Source of the DNA: an uncultured Ruficoccus sp.
Lineage (GTDB): Bacteria; Verrucomicrobiota; Verrucomicrobiia; Opitutales; Cerasicoccaceae
Assembly (NCBI GenBank): GCA_965140785.1
Contig: OZ223519.1
Coordinates: forward strand, 64,001 to 128,000
Direction: 5' to 3'
DNA: 64,000 nucleotides
Position 1 is the stretch's first letter, and each line of letters starts with the position of its first letter. Positions 20,805-30,212 of the stretch are shown in pieces. The notes under the pieces were generated by a model. That model saw nothing but the letters and a program-made list of their open reading frames with translations. It was not told the DNA's origin and did no database searches. A program made the position numbers and the translations under genes.

Positions 20805-21869
20805 ATGGAGAGAAAGCCCCGCATTACGATTAAGCAGATGGCAGCCCAGTTGGGGGTGTCGCATACAACGGTTTCGCTGGCGCTACGTGAGCACCCATCC
20901 ATTCCTCCGACGACGCGAGACCGGATCAAAGAGCATGCCCAGAAAGTCGGTTATCGTCCCGACCCTATGCTGGCTTCGCTCGTGGCCTACCGGCAGCGTA
21001 ATCGCTCTGAGCAGTCGTTTAAAGGGGCACTGGCCTGGCTGACGAATTATCCGACGCACGATGGCTGGCGCAAAGTTGGGCCGGTTGGATACTTTACTGG
21101 CGCAATGCGCCGTGCCGACGAACTTGGCTATCGTCTCGACGAAATATGGCTTAACGAGCCAGGGATGGATGCCAAGCGGATGCGTCAGGTCTTGATCGCG
21201 CGTAATATTCGTGGATTGCTATTTCCACCGCAACCGGTGCCGGGTACGAAAATTGCGCTGAACATCGACGGATTTGCGGCTGTGAAATTCGGCTACACGC
21301 TGGCCAGCTATCAGTTGCCCGTGGTGATGAATCATCAGTTCCGTAACATGATGTTCCTGATCGAGCAACTGACGAGGATCGGCTATAGCCGTATCGGATT
21401 GGCGATGCCAGTGATCAACGACGAGCGTGTCCACCACAACTATGCGGGTGGTTTCTGGGCAGGTACACATTTCTCGGGACTGGTAGAACGCTCATCGCGA
21501 TTCCTGCCCAAGAGCATGGACAACACGGCCTTCTGGCGCTGGTTCGACAAGCATCGTCCCGATGTTATTATCGGAGAGGCAGGTTATGCAGGGACCATGC
21601 TTGAATACCTGCGTGAAGGTGGGGTGGACGTTCCCCGCGAGGTCGGAGTCGCGGTTGTCAACATTCCGTACGGCAATACCTACTTTGGGGGCATTGATGA
21701 AAACCACGAGTTGATCGGTGCCTCCGCAGTCAATCTAGTGGCGGGAATGCTTCACAATAATGAGACTGGAGAAAGCACCAATCCCCGTCATGTGCTCATC
21801 GACGGGAGTTGGCGCTTGGGAAAGAGTCTGCGGGAAGTAAAACCGGCTCAGGCCAGCGCGGGCTCCTGA
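20805..21869 (+). CDS. LacI-family transcriptional regulator (Verrucomicrobia type)
   Basis: ITIKQMAAQLGVSHTTVSLALR HTH, GYRPDPMLASL, and C-terminal LIDGSW. Confidence 0.92.
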   Translation: MERKPRITIKQMAAQLGVSHTTVSLALREHPSIPPTTRDRIKEHAQKVGYRPDPMLASLVAYRQRNRSEQSFKGALAWLTNYPTHDGWRKVGPVGYFTGAMRRADELGYRLDEIWLNEPGMDAKRMRQVLIARNIRGLLFPPQPVPGTKIALNIDGFAAVKFGYTLASYQLPVVMNHQFRNMMFLIEQLTRIGYSRIGLAMPVINDERVHHNYAGGFWAGTHFSGLVERSSRFLPKSMDNTAFWRWFDKHRPDVIIGEAGYAGTMLEYLREGGVDVPREVGVAVVNIPYGNTYFGGIDENHELIGASAVNLVAGMLHNNETGESTNPRHVLIDGSWRLGKSLREVKPAQASAGS

Positions 21870-22876
21870 ACCGCCTGCCACAGTGGCTGATGGTTGGTAC
21901 TGCGTTCGGCACAATATCCGGTGGGTGGAATCAGTTCCGGATAGTGTTCCTCCGCATAATCACGAATACGCTGGATAAGGTTCGTCGGGACGGGAATCGC
22001 TGGATTGCGAACGGGGCCGACCTTCAGGAATCCGAGCGCATCGATAACGGCTTTGTGGCGGGCCAGCGGGCTATATTGAGTGATTGCTTCGAGTTCTGGA
22101 GGGAAGATATGAGGTTGCCCTTGGCCGAGTTTGAGTCGCGAGGGAAATTCCGTAAAGCTGCACTGAGCCTGCTCTGCTTCGACGTATTTACCCTGAGCGC
22201 ACAGGTCGAGGATTTCACGCATCTTATGAGGCATCCATGGCATGTGTACGCTGCCGACTCCGATGGCCCCGTTACGATGGAGTTCGGTTAGCCAGCCAAT
22301 GTCGGTAGAGCTCATATGGAGCAAAGGACTTTTTTCGTGCAGGCTCTTCCATTTCTTGAAATCCCAGTGTGCTTCCTTGCTGCCGATGACATTGGGCAGT
22401 TCGGCCAGGCGCTTGAACATCTCCAGCGAGTAGGGCTGACGTACCCATCCGTAATGATAAATCAGCAAGCTGATATCTGGGCAGGCTTCGGAAACTCGCT
22501 TCCAGAACTGAAAAAGCTCATCATCAGTCAAGGGAGTGTGGTAGGGAGCGATTACCAAAATAGCATCCACACCTGCGGCCATGGCCAGCCGTCCACGAGC
22601 GATGATTTCAGTTTCGGAAAGTGAAACTGCCCCCATCAAACTGATGGCTCCAGCTTGCTGCGTCTCTTCGCTCATAATCTCGGCGATGCGGCGTAGTTCC
22701 GCTTCGCTCATTGTGTAGAATTCTCCAGATGTACCAGCCATAGAGATACCTTCAGCTCCTGCGTTGAGGAGCTTACGGATGTTCCATCGGACGGCTTCTT
22801 CGTCAAGCTCAAGGCTCGGGGTAAACGGAGTTGGCGGATAGGCGATGACGCCACGGTAATTCTTTTTGCTCAGCAT
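21848..22876 (-). CDS. DHDPS / N-acetylneuraminate-lyase family aldolase
   Basis: TPF, AGTSGEF, LIY and Schiff-base Lys in NVIGSKEA. Start likely MLSKKNY at 22876. Confidence 0.88.
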   Translation of the reverse strand: MLSKKNYRGVIAYPPTPFTPSLELDEEAVRWNIRKLLNAGAEGISMAGTSGEFYTMSEAELRRIAEIMSEETQQAGAISLMGAVSLSETEIIARGRLAMAAGVDAILVIAPYHTPLTDDELFQFWKRVSEACPDISLLIYHYGWVRQPYSLEMFKRLAELPNVIGSKEAHWDFKKWKSLHEKSPLLHMSSTDIGWLTELHRNGAIGVGSVHMPWMPHKMREILDLCAQGKYVEAEQAQCSFTEFPSRLKLGQGQPHIFPPELEAITQYSPLARHKAVIDALGFLKVGPVRNPAIPVPTNLIQRIRDYAEEHYPELIPPTGYCAERSTNHQPLWQAVQEPALA

Positions 22877-22925
22877 GATTGGGTGGTTTTCATCGCCGGG
22901 AGCGGCAATCGCAAGTTTGGCGGAG

Positions 22926-22956
22926 CTTTCCCTATCAAACAACTTGATAGGGAAAG
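22926..22956. promoter_or_regulatory. Perfect 13-bp inverted repeat made of two candidate operator copies
   Basis: CTTTCCCTATCAA-acaac-TTGATAGGGAAAG between the divergent aldolase and EamA genes. Confidence 0.65.
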
Positions 22957-23068
22957 TGTATGCTCAGTCGCCTGCAGAGTCTATGTGGGGCACCCTTCAG
23001 GCATTTTGCCTCGGAAGCGTTCTGCTCGGTGAACACGGCGTAGCCAAGGCACATGGAAACCCATTCAG

Positions 23069-23971
23069 ATGAAATACGATGCTCATGCTGTTCGCGTTGC
23101 GATCGCGCTCTCCATTACCTGTTTTTTCTGCGGAACAGATTTTATTGTGACGAAACTGCTCATGGCTACATTGCCGCCGTTTTTGTATGCGGGTATGCGA
23201 TGGATGATCTGTGGGCTACTGGTGTTTGTTTACCTGTATAGGCGCGGGGTGCCGTTACCAACTGCCCGTCAGGCCCGTAATGCGCTGCTGGTTGCAGTTT
23301 TCCTGATTGTCGGGGGCAACGGTATACGCGTGCTGGGGCAGACGATGGCGGCGGCGGGTATCACCTCGGTCGTTATGGCGACTGGGCCCATTTTGCTGAT
23401 GCTGTTGGCTATTTTGTGTAAGATGGAGCGGCTTCCGCATTGGCGGATTTGGTTGTACATGATCGGCGGTGTCGCGGGCATTATTCTGATTATTCTTCCA
23501 CGCGCCGAGCAGGGAAGTTCGAATACCTCACTGGCGGGTGTGCTGGTTGTGCTCGCTGCCTGCCTTTGTTGGGCGGTTGGGGCACTGCTATCGCGCCATG
23601 CCTCTTCGCACCCCAACCGTATGATGGCAGCATCCCTGCACATGCTGTTAGCTTCGCCGGTACTTTTGCTGATATCATGGCTGTCGGGTGAATGGAAGGC
23701 GTTTGATTTCTACCTGCTGCCATGGACGACCTATGCCTGGTTTGCCTACATGGTGATTTCTTTATCCAGCTACACAAGCCTCGTGTGGCTGCTAGGGCAT
23801 ACGAGTGCGGAGGTGGCGACCTCCTATGCCTATGTCAGTCCGGTGATTGCACTGGCCTTGTCGTGTTTATTTCTGGGCGAACGCCTGACGCTGCCGGGAT
23901 TCGCCGGTTGTATTCTCGTACTGACCATGGTGAGTTTGCTCATGCGCAGCAAATTTCGCAGGCAGGCTTAA
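23069..23971 (+). CDS. EamA/DMT-family transporter
   Basis: About 10 TM helices; LPPFLYAGMR, ATSYAYVSPVIA and LGERL motifs. Confidence 0.9.
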   Translation: MKYDAHAVRVAIALSITCFFCGTDFIVTKLLMATLPPFLYAGMRWMICGLLVFVYLYRRGVPLPTARQARNALLVAVFLIVGGNGIRVLGQTMAAAGITSVVMATGPILLMLLAILCKMERLPHWRIWLYMIGGVAGIILIILPRAEQGSSNTSLAGVLVVLAACLCWAVGALLSRHASSHPNRMMAASLHMLLASPVLLLISWLSGEWKAFDFYLLPWTTYAWFAYMVISLSSYTSLVWLLGHTSAEVATSYAYVSPVIALALSCLFLGERLTLPGFAGCILVLTMVSLLMRSKFRRQA

Positions 23972-23990
23972 GTTAGTCTGTCCTGATGCG

Positions 23991-24007
23991 ACTTGATAGT
24001 GAAAGTG
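23991..24007. promoter_or_regulatory. Candidate operator (copy 4)
   Basis: ACTTGATAGTGAAAGTG, one mismatch to 22942-22958; upstream of the sialidase-like gene. Confidence 0.55.
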
Positions 24008-24089
24008 CGAAGGGAGTTGTCCTGGTAAGAGAATCGTTTATCTTAGGTATCGTTTATAACCCCTTTGTCGCCTTTTTACCCGTATTCAA

Positions 24090-25364
24090 ATGCCCCCGGA
24101 ACTTGCCCCAGATTACACCATCGTTGTCGAATCTCCAGATCCGAAAGACATTTACTGCTACAGTCCAGGTCTGTGCCGGTGCCCGGATGGAACATTGATC
24201 GCGACGATGGATTTTGGGGGAGCAGGGGCGATCCGGCTCGACGGTCCGAAATCGAGCCGGGGCGACGCCCAATCCGTCGGTAACCAGGGCCGTGTTTACC
24301 GGTCGGAGGACGCCGGCGCGACTTGGCATCTGAAAATTAAATTCCCCTTCTATCACTCGAGGCCGTTTTATGCGGGGAAAACGCTTTACGCGCTTGGCCA
24401 TTCGGGAGACTTGATGATTATCCGGTCGGATGACGATGGCCGCACATGGTCTGAGCCCGTTAAACTGACCAAGGACGAAATCTGGGGGCAGGCTCCGTGC
24501 AATGTCCACACCGCCAATGGATGCGTTTACCTGACGATGGAGAAGCAACTGCGCTCTGACGCAGGTTCCTGGCGCAGTAATGGGTACGGGCCGATTCTTA
24601 TGCGAGCCTGCATCGGTGATGACTTGACGAATCCTGATGCCTGGACTTACGCAAAGAGTTTTTCTGCCCGGGACATTTGCCCGGATCAGGAAGTGCCTTG
24701 GATGGGGATTCCCTTTTTCAGGTTTATAGAAGGGCTGGAGGGAGAGTTGACGCCCGGACGGCGTCCCTGGCCGCTTGGCTGGATCGAGAGTCATGTCGTC
24801 CAGATTGTCGATCCAGACCACTATTGGTATGACTCGAAGGGGAAGACTTTTCATTTGTTGGCACGCGCCACGACTTCGACAACGGGGTTGGCAGGGCTGC
24901 TGAAGGTAATCGAGCATGACGACGGTTCGATGACGACGCATCTGGAGCAGGCTCCTTCCGGGGTGGATATGCTCTACCTGCCCTTACCAGGAGGCCAGAT
25001 GAAGTTTCACATTCTTTACGATGAAGTTTCACGTTTGTATTGGCTTTTAAGTACACAGGCGACCGACAGTATGACCCGTGCCGATCGTTTGCCGGATGAG
25101 CGCTTCAATACGCCCAACGACGAGCGCCAACGCCTGCAACTGCACTATTCAAAAAACTGCGTGGATTGGTGTTTTGCCGGAATTGTTACCAGTGGTGCTT
25201 CTCCGAAACAGGCCAGGCATTATGCTAGCATGGCCATCGACGGCGAGGATCTGCTCGTGCTGAGCCGTTCCGGGGACGCGCAGGCCAAATCCGCCCATAA
25301 TGGGAACCTAATTACTTTTCACCGAGTACGTAATTTTCGCAGCCTTGCCGATCTTGCAGGCTGA
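24090..25364 (+). CDS. Asp-box/BNR beta-propeller protein (sialidase-like)
   Basis: SPGL...PDGTLIA, RSEDAGATW and RSDDDGRTWS Asp-boxes. No obvious signal peptide. Confidence 0.75.
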   Translation: MPPELAPDYTIVVESPDPKDIYCYSPGLCRCPDGTLIATMDFGGAGAIRLDGPKSSRGDAQSVGNQGRVYRSEDAGATWHLKIKFPFYHSRPFYAGKTLYALGHSGDLMIIRSDDDGRTWSEPVKLTKDEIWGQAPCNVHTANGCVYLTMEKQLRSDAGSWRSNGYGPILMRACIGDDLTNPDAWTYAKSFSARDICPDQEVPWMGIPFFRFIEGLEGELTPGRRPWPLGWIESHVVQIVDPDHYWYDSKGKTFHLLARATTSTTGLAGLLKVIEHDDGSMTTHLEQAPSGVDMLYLPLPGGQMKFHILYDEVSRLYWLLSTQATDSMTRADRLPDERFNTPNDERQRLQLHYSKNCVDWCFAGIVTSGASPKQARHYASMAIDGEDLLVLSRSGDAQAKSAHNGNLITFHRVRNFRSLADLAG

Positions 25365-25442
25365 CGATCATGCATTCTATCTACGGCGATTGATTCAAAT
25401 TTTTCTCAATAGTACCACCCCCAACAACATGACATACCACCT

Positions 25443-26357
25443 ATGAAAACGAATGTATCCATACTCACGAATCTCATCGGCAAGCGTTCCTTCGCTCCTG
25501 CATGTTTGCTGATCGCAGCAGTTACGCCCGCTCTAGCGGACAGTTATTCCGACGCAATCATGGCAGATAATCCTCTGATTTATTACCGCTATCAGGATAC
25601 CGGTAGCACTGTGACCGACCTTGGCTCTGGAGATGTGGACGGTACGGTGTTCTCTGGTGCTACACAGGGGGTCTCCGCTGGGCCTGTCGCTCCCTTGTAT
25701 CCAGGATTTCAGAGTGACAACAAAGGCATCACCTTTAACGGGAGCAGCAGTAGTTACGTTTCTGTCGATACTGTTTCGCTAGGTAACGCCGGGCTTGAAG
25801 GGGCTTCGGCAGTCACGGTTGAATTCTGGCTCAATCCTACCAGCTACAGTACTGGAGTAATTCTCGATATTCCATTAGGGAAGGCGGGGTTCGGTGATGT
25901 TACTGGTATTGGAGTGAATATCTCAACTGATGGAAATGTTCGGTTGAGTGGACGTAGCAATGGCAATGATAGTTTCCAGCAGTATACTTTTTCCGACACA
26001 GGGATTGGGCTTAATGAGTGGAGTCAGGTTACTGCTATTTTTGACTACACTAACGATACGGTCTCGCTCTATGTCAACGGGCTTTCTATCGGAGTTTCGG
26101 GTACATTGGCATGGGGATCGTCAACACTTGATGGAGTGGATATTGCCACTACGGATACACGACAGGGAATATCCCGGGCGGGTATTAATCCTTTTGAAGG
26201 TGCTCTGGATGAATTATCCATTTATAACTATGGACTAAGCTCCACGGAAATTGCCGATCACTATGCAGCCGCCATCCCTGAGTCATCTTCGATGAGCCTC
26301 TTGATGGGAAGCGTAGTACTATTGGCGCTTCTGTTTCATCGAGTCCGCCGCGTTTGA
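25443..26357 (+). CDS. PEP-CTERM surface protein with LamG/concanavalin-like domain
   Basis: Signal peptide; PLIYYR, TVEFWLNP, LYVNG and FEGALDELSIYNYGLS LamG motifs; IPESSS + TM + HRVRRV. Confidence 0.88.
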   Translation: MKTNVSILTNLIGKRSFAPACLLIAAVTPALADSYSDAIMADNPLIYYRYQDTGSTVTDLGSGDVDGTVFSGATQGVSAGPVAPLYPGFQSDNKGITFNGSSSSYVSVDTVSLGNAGLEGASAVTVEFWLNPTSYSTGVILDIPLGKAGFGDVTGIGVNISTDGNVRLSGRSNGNDSFQQYTFSDTGIGLNEWSQVTAIFDYTNDTVSLYVNGLSIGVSGTLAWGSSTLDGVDIATTDTRQGISRAGINPFEGALDELSIYNYGLSSTEIADHYAAAIPESSSMSLLMGSVVLLALLFHRVRRV

Positions 26358-26475
26358 CGATATTTTTTAAAATAGCACTACATATATATTCGCCTCTTAA
26401 GCGACCTTGCCGCGGGAACAATTCGCGCTGGGGTATACTTACGCATACATACCATTCATAACCCAATATTAAGAC

Positions 26476-27252
26476 ATGGACTATACATACAAAAAGATGC
26501 ATAGGACAAATCTCCATTATCAGAGGCGAGTTGGGTTTAAGGGGTGTTCGGCGACCGGAGCGGTTGTCCCCGCGTTCAGTCTGATAGAGTTGTTGGTGGT
26601 TCTGGCGATTATTGCCGTATTAGCTGTGATCCTAATACCTGTCATCGGCCAGGTGAGAGGGGCTGCGGCGCAGACGGTTTGCCTTGGGAACCTGAGACAG
26701 ATAGGACAGGGAATTATGGTCTACAGTGTGGATCATAACGGATACGCTCCGGTCGCTCGCATCCCGGCGCAGACCGCGGAGACCAGTAACTGGTTGGACT
26801 GGGTTGCACAATTGAGCGAAGGTGATATCAACGGTGAGCACTCGGTTTTCTCATGCCCGGCTGACGCCTGCGAGAGACAATATCTCGTCCGTGGTAACAG
26901 CGTACAGATTAGTTATGGGATCAATGAAGCTGTCTCCAACCCAAACTTTACGGGTGTTTACAGCAAAATCACTGATATCGAAGGCCATCGCGCAGCGATT
27001 ATGCCATTGGTGGCCGACAGTTGTTTTCCCGTCATTGTGGGGTATTCCTCTACCTTCCGGGCGCGGGTAGCGAACGCAAACAATCCCACTTCTGCGTCCC
27101 CTCCTTCTGGACTGAACGATGCTCTCCAGCGGCACCCGGGCGGTTCGGGTGTGTGTTTTGTAGACGGTCACACTGAACTCGTTGACTACGATAGGGCCAT
27201 GAATGGATACCGTGACGATAAATTCAACTACTCTCCCAAGGCGTTCTGGTAA
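26476..27252 (+). CDS. Prepilin-type N-terminal methylation protein with H-X9-DG motif (DUF1559-like)
   Basis: AFSLIELLVVLAIIAVL...CLGNLRQIG and RHPGGSGVCFVDGH. Confidence 0.9.
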   Translation: MDYTYKKMHRTNLHYQRRVGFKGCSATGAVVPAFSLIELLVVLAIIAVLAVILIPVIGQVRGAAAQTVCLGNLRQIGQGIMVYSVDHNGYAPVARIPAQTAETSNWLDWVAQLSEGDINGEHSVFSCPADACERQYLVRGNSVQISYGINEAVSNPNFTGVYSKITDIEGHRAAIMPLVADSCFPVIVGYSSTFRARVANANNPTSASPPSGLNDALQRHPGGSGVCFVDGHTELVDYDRAMNGYRDDKFNYSPKAFW

Positions 27253-27329
27253 ATCAGACCCAATCGCTCTTATCACGATTCGGGATATCGTCAACTATGT
27301 CTATGATTTCTATGACCTCTTCTTTCCAT

Positions 27330-28730
27330 ATGAAAATTACCCGTACAATCCTTCTTGGCCTAATGTGGGGTATTGCCGTACAGATGCATGCCCAAAATGA
27401 CAACAACTCGAAGACTCAGATTACTCCTGATATTGATACCTTGGTTGCCCCTTTACCAGATAACGGAGGCCGTAAGGTTATCATCCATGTGGTGCCATGG
27501 TATCCACCGTCGAAGGAACGGGCTACAGCTGGGAGTACACTAGCGGCGGGGATTGAGCCTCGTCAGGCGAGAGTTGATCAACACGTGCTGAAAATGAAAG
27601 AATATGGTATCGACGTGATCGCTCTGGATGTCCAAGTGAGGGATAGTTGGAGGCCCGGCGGCAATCCCGCAAAGGCTATTTGGCAAGATGGCATTGCTAT
27701 GGAGTGGATGGACGCAATAGAGCGGCTTGCTCCTGAGATGAGGTTCGTCCTACAGCTTGACCGAAAACCTTACCCGGATAGTGATGAGTATTGGCCTGCC
27801 ATTATCGACGCACTCTATGAGGCTTTTACGGATAACCCCGTTTATCTGCGTGAAAACGGACGCCCTGTGCTGCTCACTTTCTTCATCAACGAGCGTGTAC
27901 CATTGTCCAAATGGGAAACTCTCTTACTGGAATGCGAGAGCGATTTTTTCCTCGTAGCAAACCCGGTTGAGAATCCGCGTAAACTCAACCATTCGTTTAC
28001 ACGGCAGTATATTGATCAGCAAGAGATGGATGGTATGGCGTTTCTTTTTGATGCCATTGAGATATCTCCATTGGGGGCACATCTGTCATGGCTTCAGGCC
28101 AGCAATGAAGCTATTGGTAAGTATACTGCCGAAGAAGGGAAGCCTGTCATCCATGGGGTCAGTACTGGTTATTACCGAAAACGCGTTGCCTTTATTGAAC
28201 CACGCTACGATTACTTAGACGGAACATGGCGTATGGCAATCGATAGTGATGATCGCTATGCAATTATCTATACGTGGAACGATGTGGCAGAGGACCATGA
28301 TGTTTACCCATCGATAATGAAGGATGAGGCTATGCTAGAGCTTAATAAGATTTATATTGATTGGTTTAAAAGCGGTCATGTGCCTCGGGATGATGAAGAT
28401 AAAATTTTCATAAATTACCCGGTTAGTAACAGCGGGCGGCGTATAACTACAGGGGGTGAGGATCCGACTTATCCCAATATGAATTACTGGGCTTTTGTTA
28501 AGTCTCCCTGCACCTTAAACATCGACGGGGTTGGATCAGTTTCGCTTAAAGCGGGAATGAATCTCGGCCAAATAGGTCCAGTCAGTCCAGGTGAGCCGGG
28601 TTCTTTTCAGCTCGTACGAGATGGCCAGGCTATTATGCAGGGAACGGTTGATGAGCCTATGATTGATTTGCCTGAAGGAGAAGATCTCCGTTACCGGTGG
28701 GTAGCGCTGCATCGTGTGGAGGATGACTAG
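27330..28730 (+). CDS. Secreted GH71/GH99-like glycoside hydrolase
   Basis: Signal peptide MKITRTIL...; HVVPWY, EYGIDVIALD, YLRENGRPVL, STGY and IYTWND.AE.H...PS motifs. Confidence 0.7.
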   Translation: MKITRTILLGLMWGIAVQMHAQNDNNSKTQITPDIDTLVAPLPDNGGRKVIIHVVPWYPPSKERATAGSTLAAGIEPRQARVDQHVLKMKEYGIDVIALDVQVRDSWRPGGNPAKAIWQDGIAMEWMDAIERLAPEMRFVLQLDRKPYPDSDEYWPAIIDALYEAFTDNPVYLRENGRPVLLTFFINERVPLSKWETLLLECESDFFLVANPVENPRKLNHSFTRQYIDQQEMDGMAFLFDAIEISPLGAHLSWLQASNEAIGKYTAEEGKPVIHGVSTGYYRKRVAFIEPRYDYLDGTWRMAIDSDDRYAIIYTWNDVAEDHDVYPSIMKDEAMLELNKIYIDWFKSGHVPRDDEDKIFINYPVSNSGRRITTGGEDPTYPNMNYWAFVKSPCTLNIDGVGSVSLKAGMNLGQIGPVSPGEPGSFQLVRDGQAIMQGTVDEPMIDLPEGEDLRYRWVALHRVEDD

Positions 28731-28805
28731 ACGGGTTCATTACGACATTTGATCCATTGTTCTTCTAAGTATCTAAAGCGGTTATGTCCAAAGGCAGGGT
28801 TTTGG

Positions 28806-30073
28806 TGTGGGGTTCCAAGCGCGACCGTCTTCGGAAGAATTCACGCAGTTTGACGACCCTTTCCGAACTCTCTTCAGACGTTTTTCCGTTTCAGGGCTAC
28901 AACAGCGTGTCGTTTTGACTCAATTTCGAGTTTTGTCAGGCAGCTATAGGCTCCTCCTTTCCGTTTTCGGGTTGGGCCTCTCGATAATAGTAGTTCAGCA
29001 AGCCTCCCAGCCGTTCACTTTTACGAATAGCTGAGTATTTATCGGGTTTGGTGGGCGAGTAGGGGAAAGGGATCAGATTGTCCAAGCCCTGGTGATTGCG
29101 TTCGTGGTGATAGTGCTCGACGTAGTTTTCGACGGCCTTTCGCAGTGATTTTTCACCGAGAAAAATGAAGTGGTCGAGACATTCGGTTTGCATGGATTTG
29201 ACGAAACGCTCGGCGTAACCATTTTGCTGAGGCGTGCCGATGCGGGTCTGGATGACCTCCGTGCCTGAGTCTTTGAGTGTCTTGCGGAATGCCTGGGTGT
29301 AGAGCGGGTCATGATCGCAGATAAAATATTTCATGCCATTGAGAAAGCCGTCCTCGGCGTCGGTGAGATTGCGGGCGACCTGTTCCATCACGCGACCATC
29401 GGTTTGGCAGCCAATGTGGGCGATGTGAACCTGGCGTTTGGCCAGCGACATGGCGAAAAACACGTGAAAGCGAACCAGTCTGCGCAGGGTCCAGACCTCG
29501 ACATTGAGAAAATCGGCAACGGCTATCACATCCATGTGGGAGCGCACGAAGGTTTTCCAGTTGGATTGCTTTGCGCGTTCAGGAGCGGGGAGGATGCCTG
29601 CGGAGCGAAGGATGTTGCCCACCGTTGTATCGCTGACGATATGTCCAAGGTTTTCCAATGTTCCTTGGATTCTGCCGTAACCCCAGTCGGGGTTCTCTTC
29701 GGCAAGCTTGACACAGGGTTCTCGAATGATCGCCATTTCCTTTTGACGCTCAGTTTGAGCATGCCGCTTCGCCGTGTATTTGGCGGCAATGAACCTGCGG
29801 TGCCAAGCCCATCAGCGTGCTTGGAGTTACGAGGTTTGCATACTCCTGAAGCGTCGCCCAGCCCAGCTTCTTACCTTTCTTCGCCAAGCTTCGTCGTTGA
29901 GCGTTAGTCAGGTCCAGCTTCTTGCCAGTGGCGTCGAACTGCTGCTTGAGGATGCGGTTCTCCTCAAGCAGATAATCAATGACTTGCTGCTGTTTTCGGT
30001 TCATCCAGCCTGCGATGGCCGAGAGCAAAATGATGGTCTGCGTCTTCAAAGAAAGATTTTTACAAACCTGCAA
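28806..30073 (-). mobile_element. Integrase-core (rve) transposase element with one frameshift, plus 3' non-coding flank
   Basis: AGWMNRKQQQVIDYLLEENRILK (29750-30073) joins, via a frameshift near 29808, ENPDWGYGRIQG...ADFL...DHDPLY...NGYAERFV...HYHHERNHQG...RLGGLLNYY (28936-29736). Confidence 0.88.
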
Positions 30074-30212
30074 GTTGCTGTCAATCAGGATGTTTTTTCT
30101 GCTAATTCAAAAAGTGAAGGGTACAGGAATTAGACAGCGAGAGATTAAAAGTAAATGTTACAAGTAATAAGTAATTTTTAACCTGTCTAGCAACTATCAG
30201 TTGTTGCCGTGA

